Positions 20,409 to 31,206 of a DNA stretch of 64,000 nt are shown here, in pieces (position 1 is the stretch's first letter; each line of letters begins with the position of its first letter). The stretch lies in NCBI GenBank assembly GCA_965644315.1, contig CBFFRQ010000069.1, forward strand, positions 1 to 64,000, in the 5' to 3' direction. The notes under the pieces are model-generated. The model had not been told where the DNA came from. It was given only the letters and a program-made list of their open reading frames with translations, and ran no database searches. The position numbers and the translations under genes are program-made. The stretch comes from Caecitellus pseudoparvulus (taxonomy: Eukaryota > Protista > Bigyra: Bicosoecida).

Positions 20409-22196
20409 ATGGCGGCAAGCGAATGCGCAGCTGGATTCATGCCTGAGCCAGCCCAGCAGGCCAGCGTCCAGGCTGGAACTCTGGCTCCAGTGGTTATGCT
20501 GGCTGGCTTCATGGCTCCCATGAGGTGCGCTGCACGAGCTCAAAGCCCCCTCCTACACCCCCCTGTTACGTAAACAAGCAGCCAGGAACTTTTCTCAACC
20601 ACCCCGTTCTGGCACAGGCACCTTGAGGAGTACTTTGGGGCAGCTCTTTCAACGGCTCAACAGCCTGTGCTGGTTGTACGCATGAGCCCAGTTGGCTCCA
20701 GCGAAGACCGCGCTCGGCAGCTTTTCTACCAGCTCAAGGGTGGATACGTGGACTATGGGGTAGACTACAAGCAGCGCCACCTGTGAGCTCCGCCATGTCC
20801 CCCCCCCCCTCTCCCGCCTACCTCCAGCTCCAACCATTCCCCACATCAGGCACCATCGCTACGGACCCCTGGAGCAGGCACTTCTGCCGGCGTGGAGCGA
20901 GCGGAATCCGGTGCGCTTTCTGCACCCTTCGGCCTCAATCGCACTTGCCAATCTGGACACCCCCCATTCCCCGCTGTGCAGGTGCACTTGGTTGGGCATT
21001 CCTTCGGGGGTCAGACTGCACGAGTCTTGCAGCAGCTTCTGGAGGAGCAGGCGTTTGCCGGGCACGACACAAACCACCGATGGGTGCGCAGTGTAACGTG
21101 CATCAGCTCCCCGCTAAATGGGTCTCTCTCCGTGTATGCATTGGGCGCCCGGGAGCAGGTCGTCGGCCCTGCTCTGGCCAAGCACATTCTGCGAGTGCAT
21201 GCGCCTGCTCAGCCGACATGGCAGGGCTGGTTCCGTCAAGCAACTTGTCTCCACCAGCCTGTGTGGTGTTGCAGTGTGGGGTTTCTCATTGGCCTGGTCG
21301 CGCACGTCTTGGAGTGGGTTGATTCGCCGAGTCTGGAGCAGGCGCTGTTCTCCTTCGACGTGGCGCGATTTGGCATTGGACGCCGCTACCGTGGAGTCAT
21401 GCATGCGAGTGGCGAGTGCGCCCGCAGCGTGTTACCTTGTGGGAGCGGAAGTCGCATCTTCCAGCATGCCAACACGGCTCCTTCCGACATGACCCTCCAA
21501 GGAGCGTACTTGTGGAACCAGCGCATCCAGCACTTTGACGACACGTTTTACTTTTCCTTCATTGGCGATTCCTTCGCACACCACGAGGGTAGCGTCCCGC
21601 CTGCACACGACGTGAGCGATGGTGCAGCTTCTTCGTCGCAGGCGGCTGATCCCGTGCCCCGCCAGAGCAGTCGTCTTGCTCTTGCTTGGCTGCAGTGGTG
21701 GACCGGGTGGCACTCCATGAGCCTGGACCGCTCTTGCTTCCCCTTTGTGGTTCACCCTGGAACTGGCCAGCATGAAGTCACGGCTTGGGCCGACGGGGGC
21801 GGCGATGGCTTGCTCTCAGCCGTTGAGCAGGCCGTCCCGCTGCACACTGGCAGCAAGCAGCCCAGCGATGCTTGGCAGACGGCTGCTGAGCGAGTGGCCT
21901 CGGGACCCCCGTACAACAAGGCAGAGCTCTCACCACCCGCTTTTACAGTAGTGGACGAGTTCCCGCTGCAAAGTCACTTTTCCGCGTGGCTAGAAGCCAA
22001 TGCCGTGCCGAGAAGAGCGCCAAAGGGCAGCGTTGCCTCGCCTCCACCTCCGGGTGTCTGGCACATCTTGCGTCACGGCAGCGACCACGTGGGGGTTGTG
22101 CCCGCCCCCGCAGGCTGCGTGCCTCAGGCCAAGTTCTTCATGCGGCTGTGGGACATTCTGCGCAGTGTGGATGAGGCCTGCGAGGGCGTGCATTAG
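20409..22196 (+). CDS. Lipase (alpha/beta hydrolase similar to family I.5/I.6 lipases), spliced
   Basis: Exon 1 PVVMLAGFM; intron 20525-20617; exon 2 SPVGSSEDRARQLFYQLKGGYVDYG; VHLVGHSFGGQTAR nucleophile elbow; SSPLNGS, DGLL and SDHVGV. Confidence 0.88.
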
Positions 22197-25100
22197 AACG
22201 CAGGCGGGGAGGTTTGCCACTCCGGGGCGCCTGCCTGCCCTTCCAATGTTGGCACTCCACCGCTCAGGACTTGGGGAACGCCAGTTCCATGGAGCAGGGG
22301 GGAGGGCGGAATGGCTGCGACATCACGGGGGATGTATGGGTGCCCTGCTGCAGGCTGGGATGAAAAGACCACGCCTCGCCTCAGCGCGCCGACCACTGCG
22401 TCCCGGTGCTCTGCAGGGAGGCTCTGCACCATGCTCAACACCCCCGACACCACCGCCATGGGGTCTTCCTTCCCCAGCGCCAGCACTTGGTCCAGCACTG
22501 CTTCCCTGCGGGCAAGCAGGACCTGGCCTTCCAGGGCATCCTTGTGCTCCACCAACCACCGCAAGACACGCAGGTCGTCTTGCCACAGGCTCCTCGCAAT
22601 GTGGGCCTTGGACACGGCGAAGCCGTCGCTTGCCGCGGCGTCCAGGTACCACATCTTGACACGATTCAGGGCAGATGCAAAGTCGGTGCCGGCCATGGCG
22701 CCTTGCAGCTGCTTGGCCATTGCGGACGTGGCGAGTCGGCGGCGGAGCCTCCAGTAAAAGAACGTTCGGGCCGAATGCCAGGGCACCACGCCCGAGATGA
22801 CGCCCTTGGCCATCATGCGGCCGGGGGTGTCGTGCAAATCGGCAAACGCGTGGGCAGCGGGCAGGAACGCAGACATGAGCAGCGTCTCCCTTGCCTGCAG
22901 CTGGGCCTTGAGCTGGGAGGCTGCACCAGCCTCGGACGACCCTGACGGGGCTGCACGTGCCGCAGAGTACTGCTTCATCAACTCCTGCAGCTGTGGATCC
23001 ATGCGGTGCAGGGCAGAGCGCATGTCAGGTTCTCGGAACTTGATGGAGGCCACACCGGAAGGCTCCAGGATACCACCGCGTGCGCTGGTGGCAGCATACA
23101 TCTCCATGTGGTCAGGGTTGATGGCGGGGTCCACGACGACCCAGGCGCCACCTCGCAGCTCTCCTCGGGGGAGGATGTACACAAACACTGGCTGCGTGTA
23201 CGCCACCAGCGCATCCACAATGTACGCGCCAAACTTGAGCACCTGGTCGAACATGTCTCGCTGCCCGCCAGAGAAGCCACGCCAGTTGGCAAAGATGAAC
23301 AGGGGCAGGCCTTCCAGCTGAAAGTCCCGGATGGCTTGGGCAGTCTTGAAGGCGGAGTCAGGGTACCAGACCTGCCCCGCCTGCTGCACCTGCGTCTCTT
23401 GCGATGAAGGCGTCGCTGGGTCGGCGGGGGTCGTGGACGTGACGCTCCTGACTTCAGGGACGATGATGCCTGCTGGGATGCCGCCGAGGCGGGCACGGGC
23501 GGTGATGACAGTGCGGGCCCACCCGGACATGCACTCGACAAACGAGCCTTCGTCGAAGAAACCAGGCACTTGGGATCCTGCCTCGTCTGTATGCCCGCTC
23601 AGCAAGGCACGGGGATCGTAGGCGCCATCAGGAGGAGGCTTGGCCGCCACGGCTCGGTCCACGCTCTCTTGCTTGACCATGGCTGAAATGGGCAGCGGCG
23701 CCCCCACACGCTCTGGCACAAACGCCAGCCAGCGCAGGATAGCTTGCACGCCGTCAAAGTCATTGTGTACGACTTGGTGGCTGACGCCGTTGGCGTGCAT
23801 CACTCGCGGGCCACCCAGCTGCAGGTTGGAGGCGTACACTTCCCGTCCGATGAGCTTGTTCAAGGCTTGGTAGCCCGTGAGCAGGATGGGCGCGCTGCCT
23901 TCCTTCTGGATCACACGGTGGCCCAGGCGGACGAGGTACGCTCCGATACCGACGCTTCGGCCAGTGACGTACGTCAGGGTGAAGGACGAGTTGTAGGCCC
24001 TGGACGTTTCCCCGGCAATGGCGCCTGAGCCGCGCAAGTTCTCCACGCCAATGTCAGCGGCCTGGCCGATGATGTCAGTCAGCACCCACCGCACTTCGCC
24101 ACTGGGCAGCGTGCGGGCAGTGGCAGCAACAGCCCCCAGGGCTGACAGGCGGTTGTAGTCTTCTGGCACAAGGTACAGGTAGTCGAAACCCTTGGACACG
24201 TCGGACGGGTCCTTCCATGCGACGCGGAAAGCGGCCTTGACATCGTCTGCCAGTCCAATGCGGGCACCGCTGTTGGCTGCAAGGTACAGCCGGGGCAGGC
24301 CCCGTTCCCGTGCGTACCTGCTGGCTTCTGCGAACAAACGGTCCTCCATCGTGCCGAATGAGCCAGCTCGGTGCGTGATGTCATTGGCAATGACGACCAC
24401 CTTGCGCCCGCCGCTCTCTGCCGGGTACTCGGGCGTGAACAGCGTCAGCACCCACGCCACCATGCCAATGTCGTTCTGCCCAGGGGGCCTCTGCATCTCC
24501 ACCAGCTCAAAGTCCTCCCTGTCCACACTGGTGCCTGGCAGGGCGGCATCCAGGTCCGCCCCCGTGGCCGCAGCCACAGACATGTCTGCTGCTGCGCCTC
24601 CACTGCTGACAGAGGCAGCAGAGTCCTTTGGCGGGGCACGCCACGCTTGCTGCGTCGCAGCACTGGGACCCAGCTCATTTGAGAAAATCTCACTGGGGGC
24701 GGACCGCAGCTTGGACGGTTGTGGGGCTGTGCCGGAGTAGTGCGGGCTGCGTCGTTTGCGCAGGACAAGCTCCGTCACCTGCATCACACGCGCTGGCCTT
24801 GACGGCTGCGATGTGGAGGCGGCACCAACTGAGCTGGTGTCCAGCCCGCCCCCCACGCTGTGCCCAGAGGCAGACCCAGTGTCGTCGTCATCCACCGACG
24901 GCGACTTGGAGGGGCTGTGCGCTGCAGTCGTGGCCGCCCACTGCATCTCCAGGGCCTTCTCGAACAGCTCCAGGAAATCGTACACGTACAGCGTGTCGCT
25001 CATTGCAGCTGCAAGGGAGCGCTTGCCTTCAAATTGGCTGGCAATGGGGTACGGCTGCGTCACAGGCTGCCCGTCCAGCTCGCCCCCAACCGTCATGTCG

Positions 25101-28100
25101 CCACCTGCTGACGGCGCGGCTGCCCCCCCACTAGCATGACTGGATGCCATGCCTTTCTGCCTCAATGCTACGTCCAAGGCCGATCCCGGAATGGGCGCGA
25201 GGAGTCCCCGCGAGCGAGCGGCTGGCGCGACGGTGCGCGGGCTGGCCTGCACCGCGGCATACGACGAGGAGGAGCGCCCCACAGACATGAAGACGGGGGT
25301 GCCGCCGCTCGCAGCAGACGCCTCCACGTACGTGGCAACCCTGAGGACGTACCCAGTCGGGCTGGAGCTGATGAGGCGAATGGGCACGGGTGTGCTGCCG
25401 GGTGGGTACGCGGCCATGATCTTGAACTCGGCCTGCGACACACGCAGCCGGCGCAGACGCGCAGCATAGCGCTTGGCGAGCAGCTTGATGACCTGTGTGA
25501 TGTACTCCTGGTGCACGACAGCGACGGGCAGCATGTTCATGAAGATGTGGGAGTTGCCCACCGGCGCAGACGTGTCCTTCAAGCTGTCGCCCATGGCCAC
25601 GTCCAGCGCATTCAGGCACTCCACGAACACGCGCTCGGGGCCTGGGAACTGGGACAGCTTGTCCTTCACCGTGGACAGCCTCGCCGTCTGCCGCACAATG
25701 GCCCGCACGAAGAAGCGCTTCTTGGGCGTGCCGCGAGGCAGGCGCCCCTTGCCGGCCCGAGGCACGGCTTCGTACACGTGCACTGACACGTTGGGCGTGG
25801 GCACGAGGCGAATGTGGAAGTTGCTCAGCCGCCGCAGCTCCAGGTACCCGCTGAGGGGCGGCTCGATGTGCCGCACGATGGGGTCCTCCGCAAAGTCAGT
25901 GGCGGCGCGGAAGGTGAAGATGTGGGGCGACTCGGGCTGTTTCATGGTGCCCAGCGCGTCCGAGGGCGCCTTGCCGGCGGCAAGCGCAGCGGACAAGCCA
26001 TCCACCGCCCCAAACAGGGAGCCTTGCTTGGCGTGGGGCACCAGGAAGGTCAGTCTGCGGAAACCCGCCTCGGTGAGCAGCCCACGTAGGCGTTGCACGC
26101 TGACCGTCAGCGCCGCGACGACAGAGGCGTCGTTTTCGTCCTCTGGCAGCCCCTCGACGCCGTCCCCGGTGAGCGTGCTGGCAGTTTCCGCGCGCCCCCG
26201 GCGCTGTCGATCGGTGGACACGGAGGAGCCCTCGCTCTGACTGGGCGCGTCGGGAGACTGTAGCAGCACGACGTGAAGCACATGCCGGTGGTCGCCTGCA
26301 GCGGCCCCGCTTGCAATGGCGCTTCGTGCCGCTGTCAGGACGGCTTCTGCCGCTGCGTCAAAGTCGGCCAGGCACCGGTGCACTGTGAGCAGTCCAATGC
26401 GGCTGGCCTTCGGGGCAACACCCTCCACATGCACACGAGGCGGCGCCGGTGCTGCCGGGACGTCGGCGTCGTGCGTGCTCAGCGCAGACGTGGAGTCCCC
26501 ATCCACGAATGGGCTGTCAGTGAAGCTGCGAGGGAAGCCGCGCCGTTGGTCAGCGGCCACTGCGGCAGCCAAGTCGTCGTAGCTGTCCGAAGGAATGAGG
26601 GCCTTGGCAGCACCTGGTGTGGAGGAGGGAAGAGCCTTCAGTCCACCACGAGCTCCCGGCATGACTGGCGCAGCAACGCTTGGCAGAGGCATCGCCTGGG
26701 GAGGATGCACGGCGCCCTTGCCCGAGGGGGGCGCAGTGCCGGTGAGTGCGGCAATGACTGCAGCCGGCACCCCCTCGTCTTCGCTGCTGTCACCAGCAGT
26801 GCTGGTGGAGGCGAAGCGCCACACGGCCATGGGGAAGTGTGGCACCTGATGTGCCGCGCCAGGTGCTGGCTGCACGTCGTTCACGTACAGGGACGAGATG
26901 GAGTACGCACGGTACAGCCTGCGCACGTACACTTCCACGGCATGGCGCCTTAGGGCAGTGGCAGCGGCACCAAAGTACATCATGAGCACGTCCGCCATGG
27001 GCTGCTCCTGGTTGACCAGGGACACCAGCGGGTCTGTGGCCTCGGTGTCGCCCGCCTGCTGCGGACTGGCCTCGCCAGCACTCTCTGAGGGCGTCGTGGG
27101 CAGGACGTCTCCTGCACTGCCGTCCCCCCTGCGAGACAGCTCAGCCTGCTTCAGCACCGTCTCGACAGACATCAAGCGCTGCAGCACTGACGGCTGCTGG
27201 GCCCGGATCAGCAGCTGGCGAGCCTCCAACGCCACCTCTGCGTACGCCGAGCCACGGAGTTCCGCGAGGGCGTGCAGCAGGCGCTCGGCCTGGTCCTCCT
27301 TGGACAACAGGCCGCCAGCTGCCGCACTGCCACTTGCAGCGGACTCTTCCACCTTCTGTCGCTCCAGCAGCGCACCAACGCGTTCCAGCGCGCCGAGCAG
27401 CACAGTGTTCCTGGCACGCAAGTGCTCGTGAGCGCAGAAGGTCATGAAGATGTCGTCCAGGCCGGCGTCCGTGGAGCCCCCGTCAATCCACTGCGACCGC
27501 ATGTCACGCATGACCTCCTCCGCAGCACCCCTTGACCCGCTGGAGCCAATGCGGTGCCACCGCGTCTCCACGCTCAGGTACTCCTGCAGCATCTCCAGCA
27601 GGTCCGCTCGGTCGGCACCCAGCACGCCGCGCTGGAAGCGCTCGGCACAGGCGCGGATGGGCTGCACCAGTGCAGCGTACGCGGTGGAGTCCATGTCTGC
27701 AGGCTTGCCGCTGTCCAGCACAGCCAGCACTTCCCCCAGCTGCAGCTCAGGGACTTGATGCGCACCCAAAGCTCGCACCCGCATGTGCTCAGGCAGTGCC
27801 ATGTCCATGACCGTGACTGCCCCTTCCTCCCCCAGGTGGGCTGCCACCTTGGCCTTGTGCCTGGCAATGACGCCTTGCAGGCCATCATGCACCTCGTACG
27901 GCAGGCGCGAAGCCGCCACGGCAAACACGTCCTCCAGCTCCTCCAGCGCCAGGGACGGGTCAGAGAAGGCAGCGTCACGGTCGGACCAGGCGTTGGCCAA
28001 GGCCGGCCGAGACACCTCAAAGCCGCGCAGTGCCGCCCGCAGCGTTTCTGTGGCAGACCGCATGAGCTGCTGCGCCGTGCGGGGGTGTGCGTGGCGCGCG

Positions 28101-30587
28101 GGAGTGGGGCTTGCAGCACCCTGCGCCTTGCCCGCTCCACTGCTGGCGGAGTCTGTCCCAGCTGCGTGCAGCGTCGTGGCACGCACGCCCTCCCCCCGCA
28201 GCTCCAACCATGCCTGGGGCAGGGTCCCAGTGAACGGGGTGCTCTTGAGCACAGCAGAGGGGTCGTCCAGGTCCAGGGCGGCGATGAGGTCTCCTGGCGC
28301 CAGGATGCTGCCTTCAGCCTTGGCAAAGTGAATGTGCCCAGCCTCGGGCGCCAGCAGTGGCAGGTACATCTTCATGACCTCCACCTGCGCATACGCCGTC
28401 CCTTTCGCGACGTGGGCCCCATCCGCCACCATGCACTTTGCCAGCTTGCCCGTCTGGGACGCGCGCAGCTGGGTGGGGTCGTACTCCTCTGTAAACATGC
28501 AAGTGGCGCCGTCCACCATGAGGCGCAGGCCGCTGGCCTCCTCCTGCCCGTACACCACGTGGGACTTGCCCCCCACCACCACGAGCATGCCGGAGTCGGC
28601 CAGCTCGCGCAGGTGCACGTCGGCAGCCGTGCCACCAATGGACACCTCCATGCTCGTGGGGGACAGCGCGCTGGCCTGAAAGCCAAACTTGACGTCGTCG
28701 TAGATGAGCTCCGGCGAGCAGTGCAGGGACAGCAAGTCGGGGGAGGGTAGCTGGCCGCGCTTGACGCACGCGACGTACTCCGCGCGCCGGGCCTTGAACT
28801 CGCCCTGCGCTGTCCACACCGCGCCCAGCACCGCGATGAGGATGGCGGGGGGCTTGGTCGGCGTGAGGTTGCTGGAGATGCGGCGGTCCAGCCACTGCGT
28901 GTGGATGGCGTTGGCCCGGAAGTCAGCCGTCTGCAGGAGGTCTGCGAGGTACTCCACAGTGGTGTGGATGTCTCCCCGGATGGACACCTCCTTCAGCACC
29001 ATGACCATCTTGCGCCGGGCGTCCTCCCGGTCCGCCCCCCACGCAAACAGGTGCCCGATCTGGCTGTCGGCGAACTCGTGCACGCGGCCTGTGCCGTCCA
29101 CGGAAAAGTACCCCCACACGTCGGGGATGGAGCGGAAGTTCAACTCCTCCACCGCGCCGCTGGTGGGCTGGAAGCCAGAGTCGGGGTTCTCCGCAGTGAT
29201 GCGCGCAGCAATGACGTGCCCCCCCGGCAAGCACTGCTGTGCAGTGGCAAAGTCGATGGTTGAATCCCCCGTCGGCGCACAGCCGTACAGCCGCCGAATG
29301 TCAGGAATGCGGTGCAGGGGAATGCCCATGGCCACATGCAGCTGGGCTGCTGGCAAGTTCACACCGGTGATCATCTCTGTCACTGGGTGCTCCACCTGCA
29401 GACGGGGATTGAGCTCCAGGAAGGCAAAGGTGTACCGTTCACTATCAGGGGCGTCGGCGGGCACCTCCCCCGTCGCCGCCCGGTCTGCAAAGAGGTACTC
29501 CACCGTGCCCGTGTTGGCATAGCCCACCTCCTCTGCCAGCGCAACAGCAGCAGCTTCCATCCGCCGCCACACGCTGGGCGGCGCGGCCAGCACTGGCCCC
29601 TCCTCGATGATCTTCTGGTGCCGCCGCTGCACGGAGCAGTCGCGCCCCGCCAGGGAGATGGCGGTGCCGTACTCATCTGCCAGCAGCTGCACTTCCAGGT
29701 GCCTCGCGGCGCTGACGAGGCGCATGAGGAAGATGGGCGAGCCGGGCACCTCCCCCGCCACCGCCTCGAACGCTGCGGGCAGGTCGGCCATGTCCGTCAC
29801 CTTGCGGATGCCCTTGCCGCCTCCCCCCTCTGACGCCTTGATCATGAGGGGAAACCCCACGCGTTCAGCGGCAGAGGCTGCCTCCGCCACGCTTTTGACA
29901 CTGGCCGAGTCAATGAGCGCCTGGGACAGCCCCTCCGTGGCGTACTTGACCCGGACGTCGGCGCCGTTCCACGCGATGGTGGGCACGCCAGCGGACTGGG
30001 CGATGATGGTGGAGCCAATCTTGTCCCCCAGCGCTCGCATGGCGGCACCAGAGGGCCCGATGAACTTGATGTTGTTCGCCTTCAGCGTGTCTGGCAGCGT
30101 TGGGTACTCGCTGGCGTGCCCCCACCCCGCCCACACCGCATCGGCCCGAACTGCCTGTGCTTTCTCTACAATGAGGCGCACGTTGGCGTAGTTGTTGTTG
30201 TTGGAGCCGCCTGGCACTTCGACGAACTCGTCTGCCATGCGAATGTACTCGGCATTCGCACGCAGGTCCTCTGGCGTCGTCATGACGATGAATTGGACCT
30301 GCAGGGAGACGCCAGTCGGGGCATGCGGAAAACGAATGGCTGCCGGGTGTCCGCCAGCGCGGGCCGGCAGAGCTACCGCCTCATGTTGCAGAGCAAGGGG
30401 CCCCAGGCTGGCACCGTGCATCACTCACAGCTCTCTCGTTTCCAAGGGTGTCGTATGCCCATCGCCGGATGCTGCGAATGCACTTGACAGCTGCAATGCC
30501 ATTGTTGGCCACCAGCACTCGACTGAGTGCCTGTGTGCCTCCCAGCGCCTTGACGTAGTCCTTCAAGCTTGAGGTGGATGATGCCAT
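22193..30587 (-). CDS. ACC1: Acetyl-CoA carboxylase, multidomain eukaryotic type (BC-BCCP-central-CT)
   Basis: Exon 1 30587-30429 ([22 protein letters not shown]), GT-AG intron 30428-30299, exon 2 30298-22193 with [19 protein letters not shown], biotin site [13 protein letters not shown] and [11 protein letters not shown]. Confidence 0.98.
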
Positions 30588-31050
30588 TCTTCCTTGTGTA
30601 TTCGTACTAATCCGCTTCTCGCGCACGGCCTTTCCCGGCTTGCGTGACGGCGCTCGTGTCCCGCCCTGCGGAAATCGCGCAAGCCAGAAAGCACGTCAGC
30701 TTGCAGAGGGAGGAGTCCCGAGATGCGGCACCCTCCTGCAGCCTGTCAAGCGTCGCCCTTGAATGTTGGAGGGTGTTGGGAATTTGGGCATTTCGCATAG
30801 CACTCTGCTTGCGGGGGTGGTGCTCGTCTCACCTGAACTGCTTTGGCAAACTAAATCGCTACAACAGGCTGCTGAGCGCAAGGGCAGTGCCTGTACGGGC
30901 GATTTCAGCGCGGGCATGGGGTTTACCCTACTTTCCTGAGCAAACCTTGTCTGGCATGCCATCCGTGCGACCGCCAAATCTCCAGTGCCAGCACTGCATG
31001 GTGCCACAAAAAATACCTTATAGACGCAGCAAACCTCGGCCTGGCATCAA

Positions 31051-31123
31051 ACCTTGCTAGCTCAGTTGGTAGAGCGTACGACTCTTAATCGTACGGTCAC
31101 GGGATCGAGACCCGTGTGAGGTG
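31051..31123 (+). tRNA. trnK-CUU: tRNA-Lys(CTT)
   Basis: Acceptor ACCTTGC/GTGAGGT, D-arm GCTC..GAGC, anticodon arm TACGA-CTCTTAA-TCGTA (CTT at 31084-31086), T-arm ACGGG-ATCGAGA-CCCGT. Confidence 0.93.
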
Positions 31124-31124
31124 C

Positions 31125-31130
31125 TTTTTT
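31125..31130 (+). terminator. Pol III T-run terminator of the tRNA
   Basis: TTTTTT starts 2 nt after the discriminator base. Confidence 0.8.
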
Positions 31131-31206
31131 GCCTAAACTGAAGCCGCCACCCCATGGTCTTGAGAAAAATCCAATGAGAACATAATCAACGCAGCAAATG
31201 CATTAA

